Shown here in pieces: positions 9,761-18,382 of a stretch of DNA of 64,000 nt. Numbering within the stretch: the first letter of the stretch is position 1; the number at the start of each line of letters is the position of its first letter. This DNA is from Planctomycetota bacterium (GTDB lineage: Bacteria > Planctomycetota > UBA11346), in contig JANWWU010000083.1 of NCBI GenBank assembly GCA_025055595.1, positions 200 to 64,199 on the forward strand. Reading direction: 5' to 3'. Below the pieces are notes generated by a model. That model ran no database searches. It was given only the letters and a program-made list of their open reading frames with translations, and was not told where the DNA came from. The position numbers were made by a program, and so were the translations under genes.

Positions 9761-12232
9761 TCAGCGGCGCTGGACGGCGAGAATCGCCGCGAACAAGCGG
9801 CGGGCATCGAAGGGCTTGACCAGCACCTCCGCACCCGCCGGCAGGGTCCAGGCCTGGCGCTCGAGATCGGCGTAGCCGGTGATGAAGACGACGGCGGCCC
9901 GGGGATGCCGCTGCAGGACGCGCTGCGCCGCCTCGACGCCGTTCATCCCCGGCATCTGGATATCGAAGACCAGCAGATCGAGCCGCTCGAGATGTTCGGC
10001 GACCGCCACCGCCTCCCGACCGTCGCGCGCGATGCGCACCAGCGCCCCCGCCTCCTCGAGCAGCTCGGCGATGTACTCGCCCTGGACGCGGTTGTCGTCG
10101 GCGACCAGCACCCGGCACTCGCGCAGGCTCTCCGGCAGCTCCAGCATGGCGCTGGAGGGCGTAGACGGCTCGGGATGGCAGGCCGGCAGGCGGATGGTGA
10201 AGGTCGAGCCCTGGCCGAGCTCGCTGACCACGCTGATCGCGCCGCCGGCGGCCTCGATCAGGGCCTGGACGATCGGTAGCCCGAGGCCCGTGCCCTTGCC
10301 GCGCTCCTTGGTCGTGAAGTAGGGTTCGAAGATGCGCTCGAGGGTCGCGGCGTCCATGCCGATGCCCTGGTCGGCGACCACGACCTCGCACCACGGTCGT
10401 CCGTGCTCGTCGTGCCGCAGCTGGCCGCTGACCGTGATGGTCCCGCCCTCGGGCATCGCGTCGCGGGCGTTGACCAGCAGGTTCATCAGCGCCTGTCCGA
10501 ACTCCGCGCGATCGATGCGCGCCCACAGCGGCTCGGCGCCGAAGCGCAGCTCGACGCGGACATCGTTCTTCCAGGCGCGCGTCAGCATGTCGACGGTCTC
10601 GCGCGCGGCGCGCTGCAGGTCGGTCGGCGTCGCGTTGCTGACCTGGCGGCGGCTGAGCGCCAGCAGCTGCTTGGTCAGCGCCGAGCCGCGCTCGACCGCC
10701 GAGAGGATGCGCTCTAAACGATCGCTCTGCTCGGGATGGCGGCGCAGCATCTCGACATGGCTGCTGATCACGGCGAGCAGGTTGTTGACATCGTGGGCGA
10801 TGCCGCCAGCGAGCCGACCGAGCAGCTGCACGCGCTGCTCGTGGCGCAGCTGCTCCTCGAAGGCGCGGCGCTCGGTGACATCGCGCAGGGTGATGCGCCA
10901 GCCGGCATCGCCGCCTCGAGCGGTGCGGATGCGGCGCATGACATGCTCGACCCAGCGCTGGCTGCCATCGGGGCGACGCAGGCGCCACTGCCCGACCAGC
11001 GGCCAATCGCTGCCGACCGACGAGAAGTGGGCGCGCAGCTGCGGCAGGTCCTGGGCATCGACCAGCTGCCACAGCAGATCGGCATCGTGCAGGAAATCCT
11101 CGGCCGGCAGCCCGGCGATCTGCCGGCAGGACGGCGAGCAGTGCAGCACGCGCCCATCGGGCGCCACCCACAGCTCCCAGTCGGCAGCGAACTCGGCGAC
11201 GACGCGCAGCCGCTCGCTGGTCTGCTCGAGGCGCTCGGTGTAGCTGTGCAGCTGCTGCCGCATGTCTTCCAAGGCCTCGGCCACCGCCGCGATCTCCGGC
11301 GGCCCGCCGACCGGCGGCAGGGGCGCTGCGATGCCCTGTTGCCGCAGCTCCGCGACGGCGCGCTCGAGGCGCTGCAGCGGCCGCAGCAGGCGCCGCGCAA
11401 GCAACCAAGCCGCGAGGCCGGCGGCGAGCACCGTTAGCAGCGTCGCCGCCACCACTGCCGCCTGCACTTCGCGGACCGCGCTCAGGGCCTCGCGGCGCGG
11501 AACGGCGACGGTAAAGCGCCAGTGCACTGCGGGCTGGCCGGCGAGGCGCACCGGCGCCGAGGCGGCGAGCGTCTCCCCCGCGAGCGACTGCCCGGCGAGG
11601 CAGCGGCCTTCGAGGTCTTGCAGCGTGCGGCCGAGGCCGCAGACGTCGTCGAGCAGGGCCGGCACAGCGGCCTCGAGGACGACGACCCCGGCGACCGCAT
11701 TGTCCGGACGCAGCAGGGCGCAAGCGTAGAGCAGGCATTGCGGCAGCTCCTCAGCGCGCGCGATGTGCACCGGCGCGATGCCGCCGGAGATCGCCAGCTC
11801 GCTGACCGCGCCGACGAACCAGGGCGCGCGATCGGCCTGCGGCGCCCATCGCCGTTCCAGACGATCGGCGCCGGCGATCAGCCGCCCTTCAGCGTCGTAG
11901 AGCGCGGCGCGCGTCAGCTGCGGTTGATAGCGTTGGATAAAGGCGGCCAGGGCGGCCTCGACCTCGCCCGGCAGCGCCATCCCGATCACGCTGCGGCGCA
12001 CGGCCGGCGCCGTCGCCAGCCACAACAGGTGCTGCTTCGGCTCCGCCAGGCGGCCGCTGGCGCCGAGCGCCGCCATCGCCGCTTTCTCGGCGAGCAGGGC
12101 TTCGGCGTGTGCGATCGCCGAACGGCTGGCCTGCCACGACAGCCACAGCGAGAGCACCAGGGCCGGCGCGCACGCCGCGCCCACCGCCAAGGCGATCAGG
12201 GCGGGGCGCAGCCCGAGGCGCCGCTGGTTCAT
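9761..12232 (-). CDS. Hybrid sensor histidine kinase/response regulator with periplasmic sensor, HAMP and PAS domains
   Basis: The 823-aa protein has an N-terminal TM, a periplasmic domain of about 230 aa, a second TM, HAMP, PAS, an H-box (GIAHDVNNLL), an HATPase (G-boxes), and a C-terminal receiver (VLVADDN...D). Its start overlaps the stop of the upstream SBP gene. Confidence 0.9.
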   Translation of the reverse strand: MNQRRLGLRPALIALAVGAACAPALVLSLWLSWQASRSAIAHAEALLAEKAAMAALGASGRLAEPKQHLLWLATAPAVRRSVIGMALPGEVEAALAAFIQRYQPQLTRAALYDAEGRLIAGADRLERRWAPQADRAPWFVGAVSELAISGGIAPVHIARAEELPQCLLYACALLRPDNAVAGVVVLEAAVPALLDDVCGLGRTLQDLEGRCLAGQSLAGETLAASAPVRLAGQPAVHWRFTVAVPRREALSAVREVQAAVVAATLLTVLAAGLAAWLLARRLLRPLQRLERAVAELRQQGIAAPLPPVGGPPEIAAVAEALEDMRQQLHSYTERLEQTSERLRVVAEFAADWELWVAPDGRVLHCSPSCRQIAGLPAEDFLHDADLLWQLVDAQDLPQLRAHFSSVGSDWPLVGQWRLRRPDGSQRWVEHVMRRIRTARGGDAGWRITLRDVTERRAFEEQLRHEQRVQLLGRLAGGIAHDVNNLLAVISSHVEMLRRHPEQSDRLERILSAVERGSALTKQLLALSRRQVSNATPTDLQRAARETVDMLTRAWKNDVRVELRFGAEPLWARIDRAEFGQALMNLLVNARDAMPEGGTITVSGQLRHDEHGRPWCEVVVADQGIGMDAATLERIFEPYFTTKERGKGTGLGLPIVQALIEAAGGAISVVSELGQGSTFTIRLPACHPEPSTPSSAMLELPESLRECRVLVADDNRVQGEYIAELLEEAGALVRIARDGREAVAVAEHLERLDLLVFDIQMPGMNGVEAAQRVLQRHPRAAVVFITGYADLERQAWTLPAGAEVLVKPFDARRLFAAILAVQRR

Positions 12233-13542
12233 GGCTGCGGCCAGAGCGCGAGCGCGCGCCGCTGCGCCTCCGCGACAGCCTCTTCGGGGGCGAGGCGGCC
12301 CTGCAGCGCGTCATGATATACTTCGCCGAGCAGGCGGCACAGCGGATCCCACTGCGGGGTGGCGGGGCGCACCGCGGGATCGAAGGCTTCGGCCGCGATC
12401 AGCTGCCGCATGACGGGAAAGAGCCCGGCATAGGGCGCTCCGAGCTCCTCATCAGCGAACAAGGCGGTCAGCGGCACGCCGGCGTTGCCGGCGCGCGCGA
12501 AGCGACGGGCGCCCTGCGGACCGCAGAGGGCGATGAGCGCGCGCCACACCGCTTCCTGCCGCGCCGGCGGCACGCTGGCGATAATGCCGAGGCACCAGGT
12601 GCCGAAGGGCGCGACGCGCCGCACGCCCTCGGCGACCGGCGGCGGCGCGCACAGCACCTGCCCGCGCACCTGGCACTCCGGGCTGAGCAGGCCCTCGCCC
12701 ATCCGCGCGCCCCACTCGTAGGCGATCGCTGCCTGGCCGGCGATGAAGCGCCGCCGGCGCTGGTCCCAGGCGGTGTTCAGGATGTCGGGCGGCGACAGCG
12801 GCACGAGCTCGCAGGCGAAGCGCAGGGCTTCGACGGCGCGCGGCCCGTCCAGCGTCGGGCGGCCCTGGGCATCGAGCAACGGCTGGCCGAAGGCGGCATA
12901 GAAATGCGCCATCGACTGGCCGAGCGCCGAGCCGCGCTGCGCGTTCCAGACGATGCCGTAGATGCCGGCCGTTGGCCGGTGCAGCTGGCGCGCCAGCGCC
13001 AGGAGCTCCTGCGGCGTGCGCGGGGCCGAGCCACCGACCTGCTCGAGGAGATCGCGGCGCAGCCACAGCAGCTCGGCGTGCGGCTGGATCGGCAGGCCGT
13101 AGAGCCGGCCGCGCCAGCGCGCACCGGCGATCGCCGCGGGAATGTAGGCGGCGGGATCGAGGCCGGCGCGCTGGCAGAGCTCGTCGAGCGGCAGCAGGGC
13201 CCCGCGCTCGGCGAGCTCCGCAGTCCACACGACATCGAAGGCGACGAGCTCGACCTGCCCGCTCGGCGCCTGCAGCTCGGCGAGGATGCTCTGGCGGATC
13301 GCATCGTAGCCGGCGCGCTCGAAGAGCGCGCCGAGTCCGAGCGGCGCGAGCAGCTGGGCGGCCTCGCGCTCGACGATCGGCGCGAAGGGATCGCCGACGA
13401 GCAAGGTGCGCACCGGCGCCGGCGCGGCCGCCTGCGCCGACGGCGGCGGACCGGGCCGCATCGCCCACCACCACGATCCGAGCGCGGCGAGCAGCGCCAC
13501 GCAGCCGGCGATAACCCAGAGCGCACGCATGGCACGCTTCAT
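12229..13542 (-). CDS. ABC-type periplasmic solute-binding protein (family 1, sugar-binding-like)
   Basis: The 437-aa protein has a signal peptide (MKRAMRALWVIAGCVALLAALGSWWW) and typical extracellular solute-binding fold features. It is translationally coupled to the hybrid kinase downstream. Confidence 0.8.
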   Translation of the reverse strand: MKRAMRALWVIAGCVALLAALGSWWWAMRPGPPPSAQAAAPAPVRTLLVGDPFAPIVEREAAQLLAPLGLGALFERAGYDAIRQSILAELQAPSGQVELVAFDVVWTAELAERGALLPLDELCQRAGLDPAAYIPAAIAGARWRGRLYGLPIQPHAELLWLRRDLLEQVGGSAPRTPQELLALARQLHRPTAGIYGIVWNAQRGSALGQSMAHFYAAFGQPLLDAQGRPTLDGPRAVEALRFACELVPLSPPDILNTAWDQRRRRFIAGQAAIAYEWGARMGEGLLSPECQVRGQVLCAPPPVAEGVRRVAPFGTWCLGIIASVPPARQEAVWRALIALCGPQGARRFARAGNAGVPLTALFADEELGAPYAGLFPVMRQLIAAEAFDPAVRPATPQWDPLCRLLGEVYHDALQGRLAPEEAVAEAQRRALALWPQP

Positions 13543-13595
13543 ATACTCGTAAGCGGAATTTCGTCAAGCTGAAATGATGGTGCGCAGCAGGCGGT

Positions 13596-13955
13596 TCAGG
13601 CGCGCCAAGGGCGTCGCAGGAGGTCGCACCGCCGCTCCAAGCGGCCGCGGGCATCGTAGAGGAACAGATCGAAGCGGAGGCGATAGCGGTGCAGGCCGTG
13701 CTGCCGCACCAAGGCGCGCGCCGCGCGCTGCAGCCGCGCCAGCTTCGCGGCATCGACCGAGCGTCCGCCCGCGTCGTGGTCTTCACGTCGGCGCACCTCG
13801 ACGACCAGCAGCGTCCGCCAGCGGCTGGCGACGATGTCGATCTCGCCGCCACCGCCGACCCAGTTGCGCGCGCAGATCCGCCAGCCCCGCCAGCGCAGGT
13901 GGCGGACCGCGGCCTCTTCGGCGCGCCGCCCGAGGTCTCGCGGGTCAGCGGCCAT
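13596..13955 (-). CDS. yraN: YraN family (UPF0102) endonuclease-like protein
   Basis: An internal ATG at 13955 within the 231-aa ORF gives a 119-aa product: GRRAEEAAVRHLRWRGWRICARNWVGGGGEIDIVASRWRTLLVVEVRRR..., matching the YraN pattern (GxxGE..A..YL...G..IL.RN.R...GEIDLIA....LVFVEVK.R). The upstream R-rich extension is rejected. Confidence 0.8.
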   Translation of the reverse strand: MAADPRDLGRRAEEAAVRHLRWRGWRICARNWVGGGGEIDIVASRWRTLLVVEVRRREDHDAGGRSVDAAKLARLQRAARALVRQHGLHRYRLRFDLFLYDARGRLERRCDLLRRPWRA

Positions 13956-16119
13956 GCGACGGCTGGCTCTCCTCTGCGGCATCGCCGAGCGAGAAGCGCA
14001 GGCCGCCGGTGATGCCGTCGATGCGCAGCCGCCCCTGCGCGATGTCGAGGCCGACGCCGAGCGGCAAGAAGGTGCCCTCGATCCGCTGGATCTCGCCATC
14101 GCGGAAGCGGGCCTCGACGACGATCGCGCCCTCGCCGCTGATCTGCAGATCGGGGGGGAGGACCAGACCGCTGAGGAAGGCCAACGGCGCATGGTCGATG
14201 ACGCCGCGCAGCTCGCCCTCCTGGCGCTCGCCGCGCAGCGTGCCGGAGAACTGGGCCGAGAAGCCGCCCGGCAGCGGCTGCCCCGCGGCATCGGCGGCGC
14301 GCACCAGCAGCTGCGCGATCTCCAGCTCCTGCATCCGGCCCTCGCTCAAGCGCAGGCCGGCCGCCAGCGCGAAGCGCGGGGTGAGCGCGGCCACCGGCAG
14401 CCACTGCCCGGGAAGGCGCAGCTCGCCGCTCATCAGCTGCCCGTCGAGCGCGATGCGGACGAGGTCGCGCTGCACCTCGATCCGGCCTTGCAGCCGGGTC
14501 GCCAACGCGCGCAGCCAGTCGCGCTGGCGTGTGCGCCAGGCGCCGTCGCGCAGCGTCAGCTCATCGATCGCGATGCTCACGGCGTCGCCGACGCTCAGCG
14601 TGCCGGCGGCCGTCAGTCGTCCGGCGAGCTCGGGCAGCGCGGCCGGCCCGCGCACCAGCGCCAGCAGGCGCTCGACGCGCTCCGCCTCGCCGGCGATCTG
14701 CGTCCGCTGGGCCGTCCAGGTCAGCTGCAGGCGCGCCAAGGGCGGCTGCGCCGCGGACTCGCGTCGCGGCTCGGCGCTGAGCAGTTCTCCGCTCGCCTGC
14801 ACCAGGCCCTCGCCGATCACTGCCGCCACCTGGGCATCGAGCGGACCGATCGACCAGCCGTCGGCGAGCACGCGCAGCTGGGACAAGCGGGCGCTGAGGT
14901 CGCGGCGGCCGGCGGCGAGCGTCAGCGCGCCCTGCACCACCTGCCCGCCGGCGATCGTCACCTCCCGCGGCAGCAGCGGCGCCAGCAGGGTCAGCGGCAC
15001 TTCCTCGGCCAGCACGCGCGGCGGCCGCTCCCCGCCGAGGCGCAGCGCCAGCCGCGCCTGATTCGCGCCGCTGACCGCGATCTCGCCCTGCCGTTCGCCG
15101 ACCGGCCAGCGCAGCTCGAGCTTCGGCAGCAAGCGCGCGATGTCGGCCAGCGGCAGCTTGGCGGGCAACGGCAGGGCCGGCCCTGGCTGCCAGCGCGCGG
15201 CGACCAGCTGCACGCGCGAGCCATCGCGTGCCGCCGTCAGCTCGCCCTCCAGCTCGCCCCAGCGCGCGTCGCGCAGCAGCAGCCGCGTCAGCTGCGCGCG
15301 GCGCGCGTCGGCAGCGAGCGCGGCGCGCAGCTCCCCGCCTTCCCAACGCAGGCAGAGCTCGCCGCGCGCGGTGTCGGAGACGACGACGCGCTCGAGGCGC
15401 GTGCCGGAGGCGTCGATCTCCGCCGGCAGCCACTGGTCGAGCGCACGGTCGAGCGGCGCGATGTAGCCGAGGCCGGCGAGCGCGTCGAGCAGCGCGCGCG
15501 GGGCGATGCGGCCCTCGCTGATCTCCACCGTCGTCGTCACCGGCGCCTCGTCGCCGGCGCGCGCCGTCGTGACCAGCAGACGCAGCGGCTGCCCGGCGAT
15601 GCGCGCCTCCGCCGTGCTGCGCGTCCGCGGCCCGAGGGCCTCGACCCGCACGCGGATCCCGCTCATCGTCAGCCCCCCCGGCAAGGCCAGCTCGGCGTCG
15701 TCGATCTCCACCTGCAGCGGCCTGGGCGCCCGGGTCGGCGGATGCCGGTCCTCGGCAGCGATGATCGCTTCCAGGAAGCGCCGGCGCCGGGCATCGAGGC
15801 CGGCGCGCAGGCCCGCGACGCGCACCGCGAGCACGCGCCGATCGAGGGCATCGAAGCGCACCCAGACCCGCCGCGCCGTCGCCAGCGGCTCCGCGCCGGC
15901 TTCGCCGAGCTCGACGGCCTCGGCCTCGGCCTCCGTCGGTCCGAGCAGGCGGATCCTGCCGAGGCGCAGCTCGCCAGGCATGCCGTACGCCGTCCAGGCG
16001 TGGGCGGCCTCGCGCGCGAGTCCGCCGCCCTGCAGATAGGCGCCGACCCCGAGGACGGCGAGCAGCGGCAGGGCGACGATCACCGCGACGATGACGAGCA
16101 GGACGCGACGGCGGCCCAT
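13945..16119 (-). CDS. Large envelope protein with N-terminal signal anchor, possibly AsmA-family
   Basis: The ATG at 16119 begins MGRRRVLLVIVAVIVALPLLAVLGVGAYLQ, followed by about 700 aa of repetitive low-complexity sequence. Its stop overlaps the yraN start by 11 nt. The family assignment is a guess from architecture only. Confidence 0.5.
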   Translation of the reverse strand: MGRRRVLLVIVAVIVALPLLAVLGVGAYLQGGGLAREAAHAWTAYGMPGELRLGRIRLLGPTEAEAEAVELGEAGAEPLATARRVWVRFDALDRRVLAVRVAGLRAGLDARRRRFLEAIIAAEDRHPPTRAPRPLQVEIDDAELALPGGLTMSGIRVRVEALGPRTRSTAEARIAGQPLRLLVTTARAGDEAPVTTTVEISEGRIAPRALLDALAGLGYIAPLDRALDQWLPAEIDASGTRLERVVVSDTARGELCLRWEGGELRAALAADARRAQLTRLLLRDARWGELEGELTAARDGSRVQLVAARWQPGPALPLPAKLPLADIARLLPKLELRWPVGERQGEIAVSGANQARLALRLGGERPPRVLAEEVPLTLLAPLLPREVTIAGGQVVQGALTLAAGRRDLSARLSQLRVLADGWSIGPLDAQVAAVIGEGLVQASGELLSAEPRRESAAQPPLARLQLTWTAQRTQIAGEAERVERLLALVRGPAALPELAGRLTAAGTLSVGDAVSIAIDELTLRDGAWRTRQRDWLRALATRLQGRIEVQRDLVRIALDGQLMSGELRLPGQWLPVAALTPRFALAAGLRLSEGRMQELEIAQLLVRAADAAGQPLPGGFSAQFSGTLRGERQEGELRGVIDHAPLAFLSGLVLPPDLQISGEGAIVVEARFRDGEIQRIEGTFLPLGVGLDIAQGRLRIDGITGGLRFSLGDAAEESQPSHGR

Positions 16120-16210
16120 GACGCCCAGGGTGTGCGGCCCGCGCCCCGCGCAATGCCGCGGACGGCCGACGAGCGGCGCGCACGCCGGGCGAGGCGCAAG
16201 AGCGGCCGCT

Positions 16211-17347
16211 TCACTCGCTGCTGCCGTGCAGGCCGATGCCGGCCAGCCACAGGCGCAGGCTGCGGCGGCCGTGATAGATGACGATCTGCACCTCGCGCAC
16301 CTGATGGAGGTCGGCGACGCGCGCACGGTGCGCCCAGCCGCTGGCCTGGGTCTTGAAGTCCGCCGCCGTCAGATCGAACGACAGCGGCACGAACTCCTGC
16401 GCGGCGCCGCCCGGCGGCACCGGCAGCGCGCGGCTCTCGTGGTAGGTCCACTGCGCCCCGGTCTTCAGCGCGAGCGCGATCCGGATCTCGCGATCGCTGG
16501 CGTTCGCCACCAGCAGGCCGAAGGCGCGCCGCCCCGTCAGCTGCAGGGGGCGCCGCAGGACGAGCGCGGCCTTGTCGAGCGCCGGCTTGTCCGGCTGCGG
16601 CTCGACATCGACCTGCAGCACGCGCCGCGGACCTTCCGGCGTCAGCAGCGTGATCGTCTCGATGCGCGCCGGGGCCGACCACTGCGGGTGATCGGCCACC
16701 CAGGGGAAGCGCTCATAGCCCTCGTCGACCGGCGTCGCGCTCGCCGCCGCCACCGGGCGGCCCTCGCGCAGGGTGGCCTCGGGATCCAGCCCCAGGCCGC
16801 GCAGCTGCTCGGCCCAGGCGGCGCGCGCCGCCTCGAGCTCGGCGAGGCGCGCCAGCAGCTCGGGATCCTCGCCGCCAGCGTTGCGATAGGCGATGTAGAG
16901 CGGCAGGGCGACCTCCGGGCCCTCGAGCTCGTCGACGACGCGGGCATGCAGGCCGCGGACAGCGAGCGGGCAGTCCGGGAACGCGACCGCGCGGTTCAGC
17001 GCCGCGCGCGCCTGCTCGTGGTGGCCGTGGGCGCGGCACCAGTGCGCGAGGTCGATCAGGCCCTGCAGGTCGCCGGGCGCGACCTGCGCCACCCGCGCCG
17101 CCAGCCCATATTCGACGCGGGCGATGCGCGCGCGCGGCAGCCGCAGGCGGCCGCTGCCGGTGTCGACCGTGACCCATTCGGCATCCGACTGTTCGCTGAC
17201 CACCGTGCCGCGGAAGCGCTGGGCGTTGTCGAGGATGATCAGGTCGCGGTCGCTCGCCGCCTCGCCGGCGTGCAGCGCGACCGCTGCGGCCAGCGCAAGC
17301 TGGCCCCAGAGCAACAAGCTGCGAGAGTTCGGAGCGCTGCAACGCAT
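16211..17347 (-). CDS. Hypothetical secreted protein
   Basis: The 378-aa ORF has a signal-peptide-like N-terminus (LLLWGQLALAAAVALHAGEAA). The opposite-strand ORF 16091..17362 looks antisense-like. It is divergent from the act operon. Confidence 0.5.
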   Translation of the reverse strand: MRCSAPNSRSLLLWGQLALAAAVALHAGEAASDRDLIILDNAQRFRGTVVSEQSDAEWVTVDTGSGRLRLPRARIARVEYGLAARVAQVAPGDLQGLIDLAHWCRAHGHHEQARAALNRAVAFPDCPLAVRGLHARVVDELEGPEVALPLYIAYRNAGGEDPELLARLAELEAARAAWAEQLRGLGLDPEATLREGRPVAAASATPVDEGYERFPWVADHPQWSAPARIETITLLTPEGPRRVLQVDVEPQPDKPALDKAALVLRRPLQLTGRRAFGLLVANASDREIRIALALKTGAQWTYHESRALPVPPGGAAQEFVPLSFDLTAADFKTQASGWAHRARVADLHQVREVQIVIYHGRRSLRLWLAGIGLHGSSE

Positions 17348-17464
17348 CGTCGTCAGTGGTGATACGCGCTCGCCGCGGCGGCGTTGCCGAGTCGCGCTTG
17401 GTGGAAAGTCTCTTCTGCCTGCCTTGTCGACATCGCCTTGCTGGTAGGCTTAGGAACGCCTCGC

Positions 17465-18382
17465 ATGGTGTCCGGCCCTCCTTCCCCTTCCGCGGCCTCG
17501 CCATCGCCGCTGTCGTGGCTCGCGCGCTGGTGGCCGTTGATCGTGCTCGCCGGCGTGCTCGCGGTAGGGGCCTGGCAGTGGTGGTGGAACGCCTTCCACG
17601 ACCGAGGCTATGCTCCCGAGCAACCGATCGCCTTCAGCCACCGCCTGCATGCCGGCGAACTCAAGCTCGACTGCCGCTACTGCCACTTCAACGCCGAACG
17701 CGGCAAGCACGCCGGGATCCCGCCGATGTCGGTGTGCATGGGCTGCCACGCGGTGGTCGCCAGCGACCGGCCGCAGATCCAGCGCCTCGCCGAGATCGCG
17801 CAGCAGGGCAGCTACACGGCTGCCGACGGCACCGTGCACGAGGGCGGCGTCGTCCACTGGCGGCGGGTCCACCGCCTGCCGGATCATGTCTACTTCGATC
17901 ACCGCGCCCATGTCGCAGCCGGCGTCGCCTGCCAGACCTGCCATGGACCGGTCGAGGAGATGACGGTGCTGCGGCAGTTCGCCGACCTGACGATGCAGTG
18001 GTGCCTCGACTGCCACCGCGGCACGCGCTATGTCGGCGGCCCCGGAACGGACCCCAACGACCCGACGACCTGGCGCGTCGGCGTCGCCGACTACGAGGCG
18101 CTGCGCGCGCGCGAGCGCCGCGATCCGATCGTCGTCTTCCACGAGCGGCGCCTGCGCGGCAGCGCCGCCGGCGCTCACGGGCACGGCGAGGCGCCGGCGC
18201 CCGACGCGGCCGCCGCCGAGGAGCCGGCGGCGGCCCCCGATCCTCGGCTCGCCGCCTTTCTCGCCGCCCATCCCGCCTTCGCCGCCAAGGTACGCGAGCT
18301 GCCAGCGTGGCGCGCCGCCGCGCTGCCCGACTCCCATCGCCTGATGAACGCCGCCACCGATTGCAGCACCTGCCATCAATGA
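17465..18382 (+). CDS. actA: Alternative Complex III pentaheme cytochrome c subunit ActA
   Basis: An ATG with an AGGAA RBS precedes an N-terminal TM (WWPLIVLAGVLAVGAWQWWW). There are five CxxCH motifs: CRYCH, CMGCH, CQTCH, CLDCH and CSTCH. Confidence 0.9.
   Translation: MVSGPPSPSAASPSPLSWLARWWPLIVLAGVLAVGAWQWWWNAFHDRGYAPEQPIAFSHRLHAGELKLDCRYCHFNAERGKHAGIPPMSVCMGCHAVVASDRPQIQRLAEIAQQGSYTAADGTVHEGGVVHWRRVHRLPDHVYFDHRAHVAAGVACQTCHGPVEEMTVLRQFADLTMQWCLDCHRGTRYVGGPGTDPNDPTTWRVGVADYEALRARERRDPIVVFHERRLRGSAAGAHGHGEAPAPDAAAAEEPAAAPDPRLAAFLAAHPAFAAKVRELPAWRAAALPDSHRLMNAATDCSTCHQ

Noticed and set aside
6818-10279. A 1153-aa plus-strand ORF, and many other 100-900-aa ORFs antisense to glnE, the kinase, act/cox genes and others
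   Set aside because: Their composition is dominated by R, D, Q, G and E. They are antisense to strongly supported genes. This is the classic high-GC spurious-ORF pattern.
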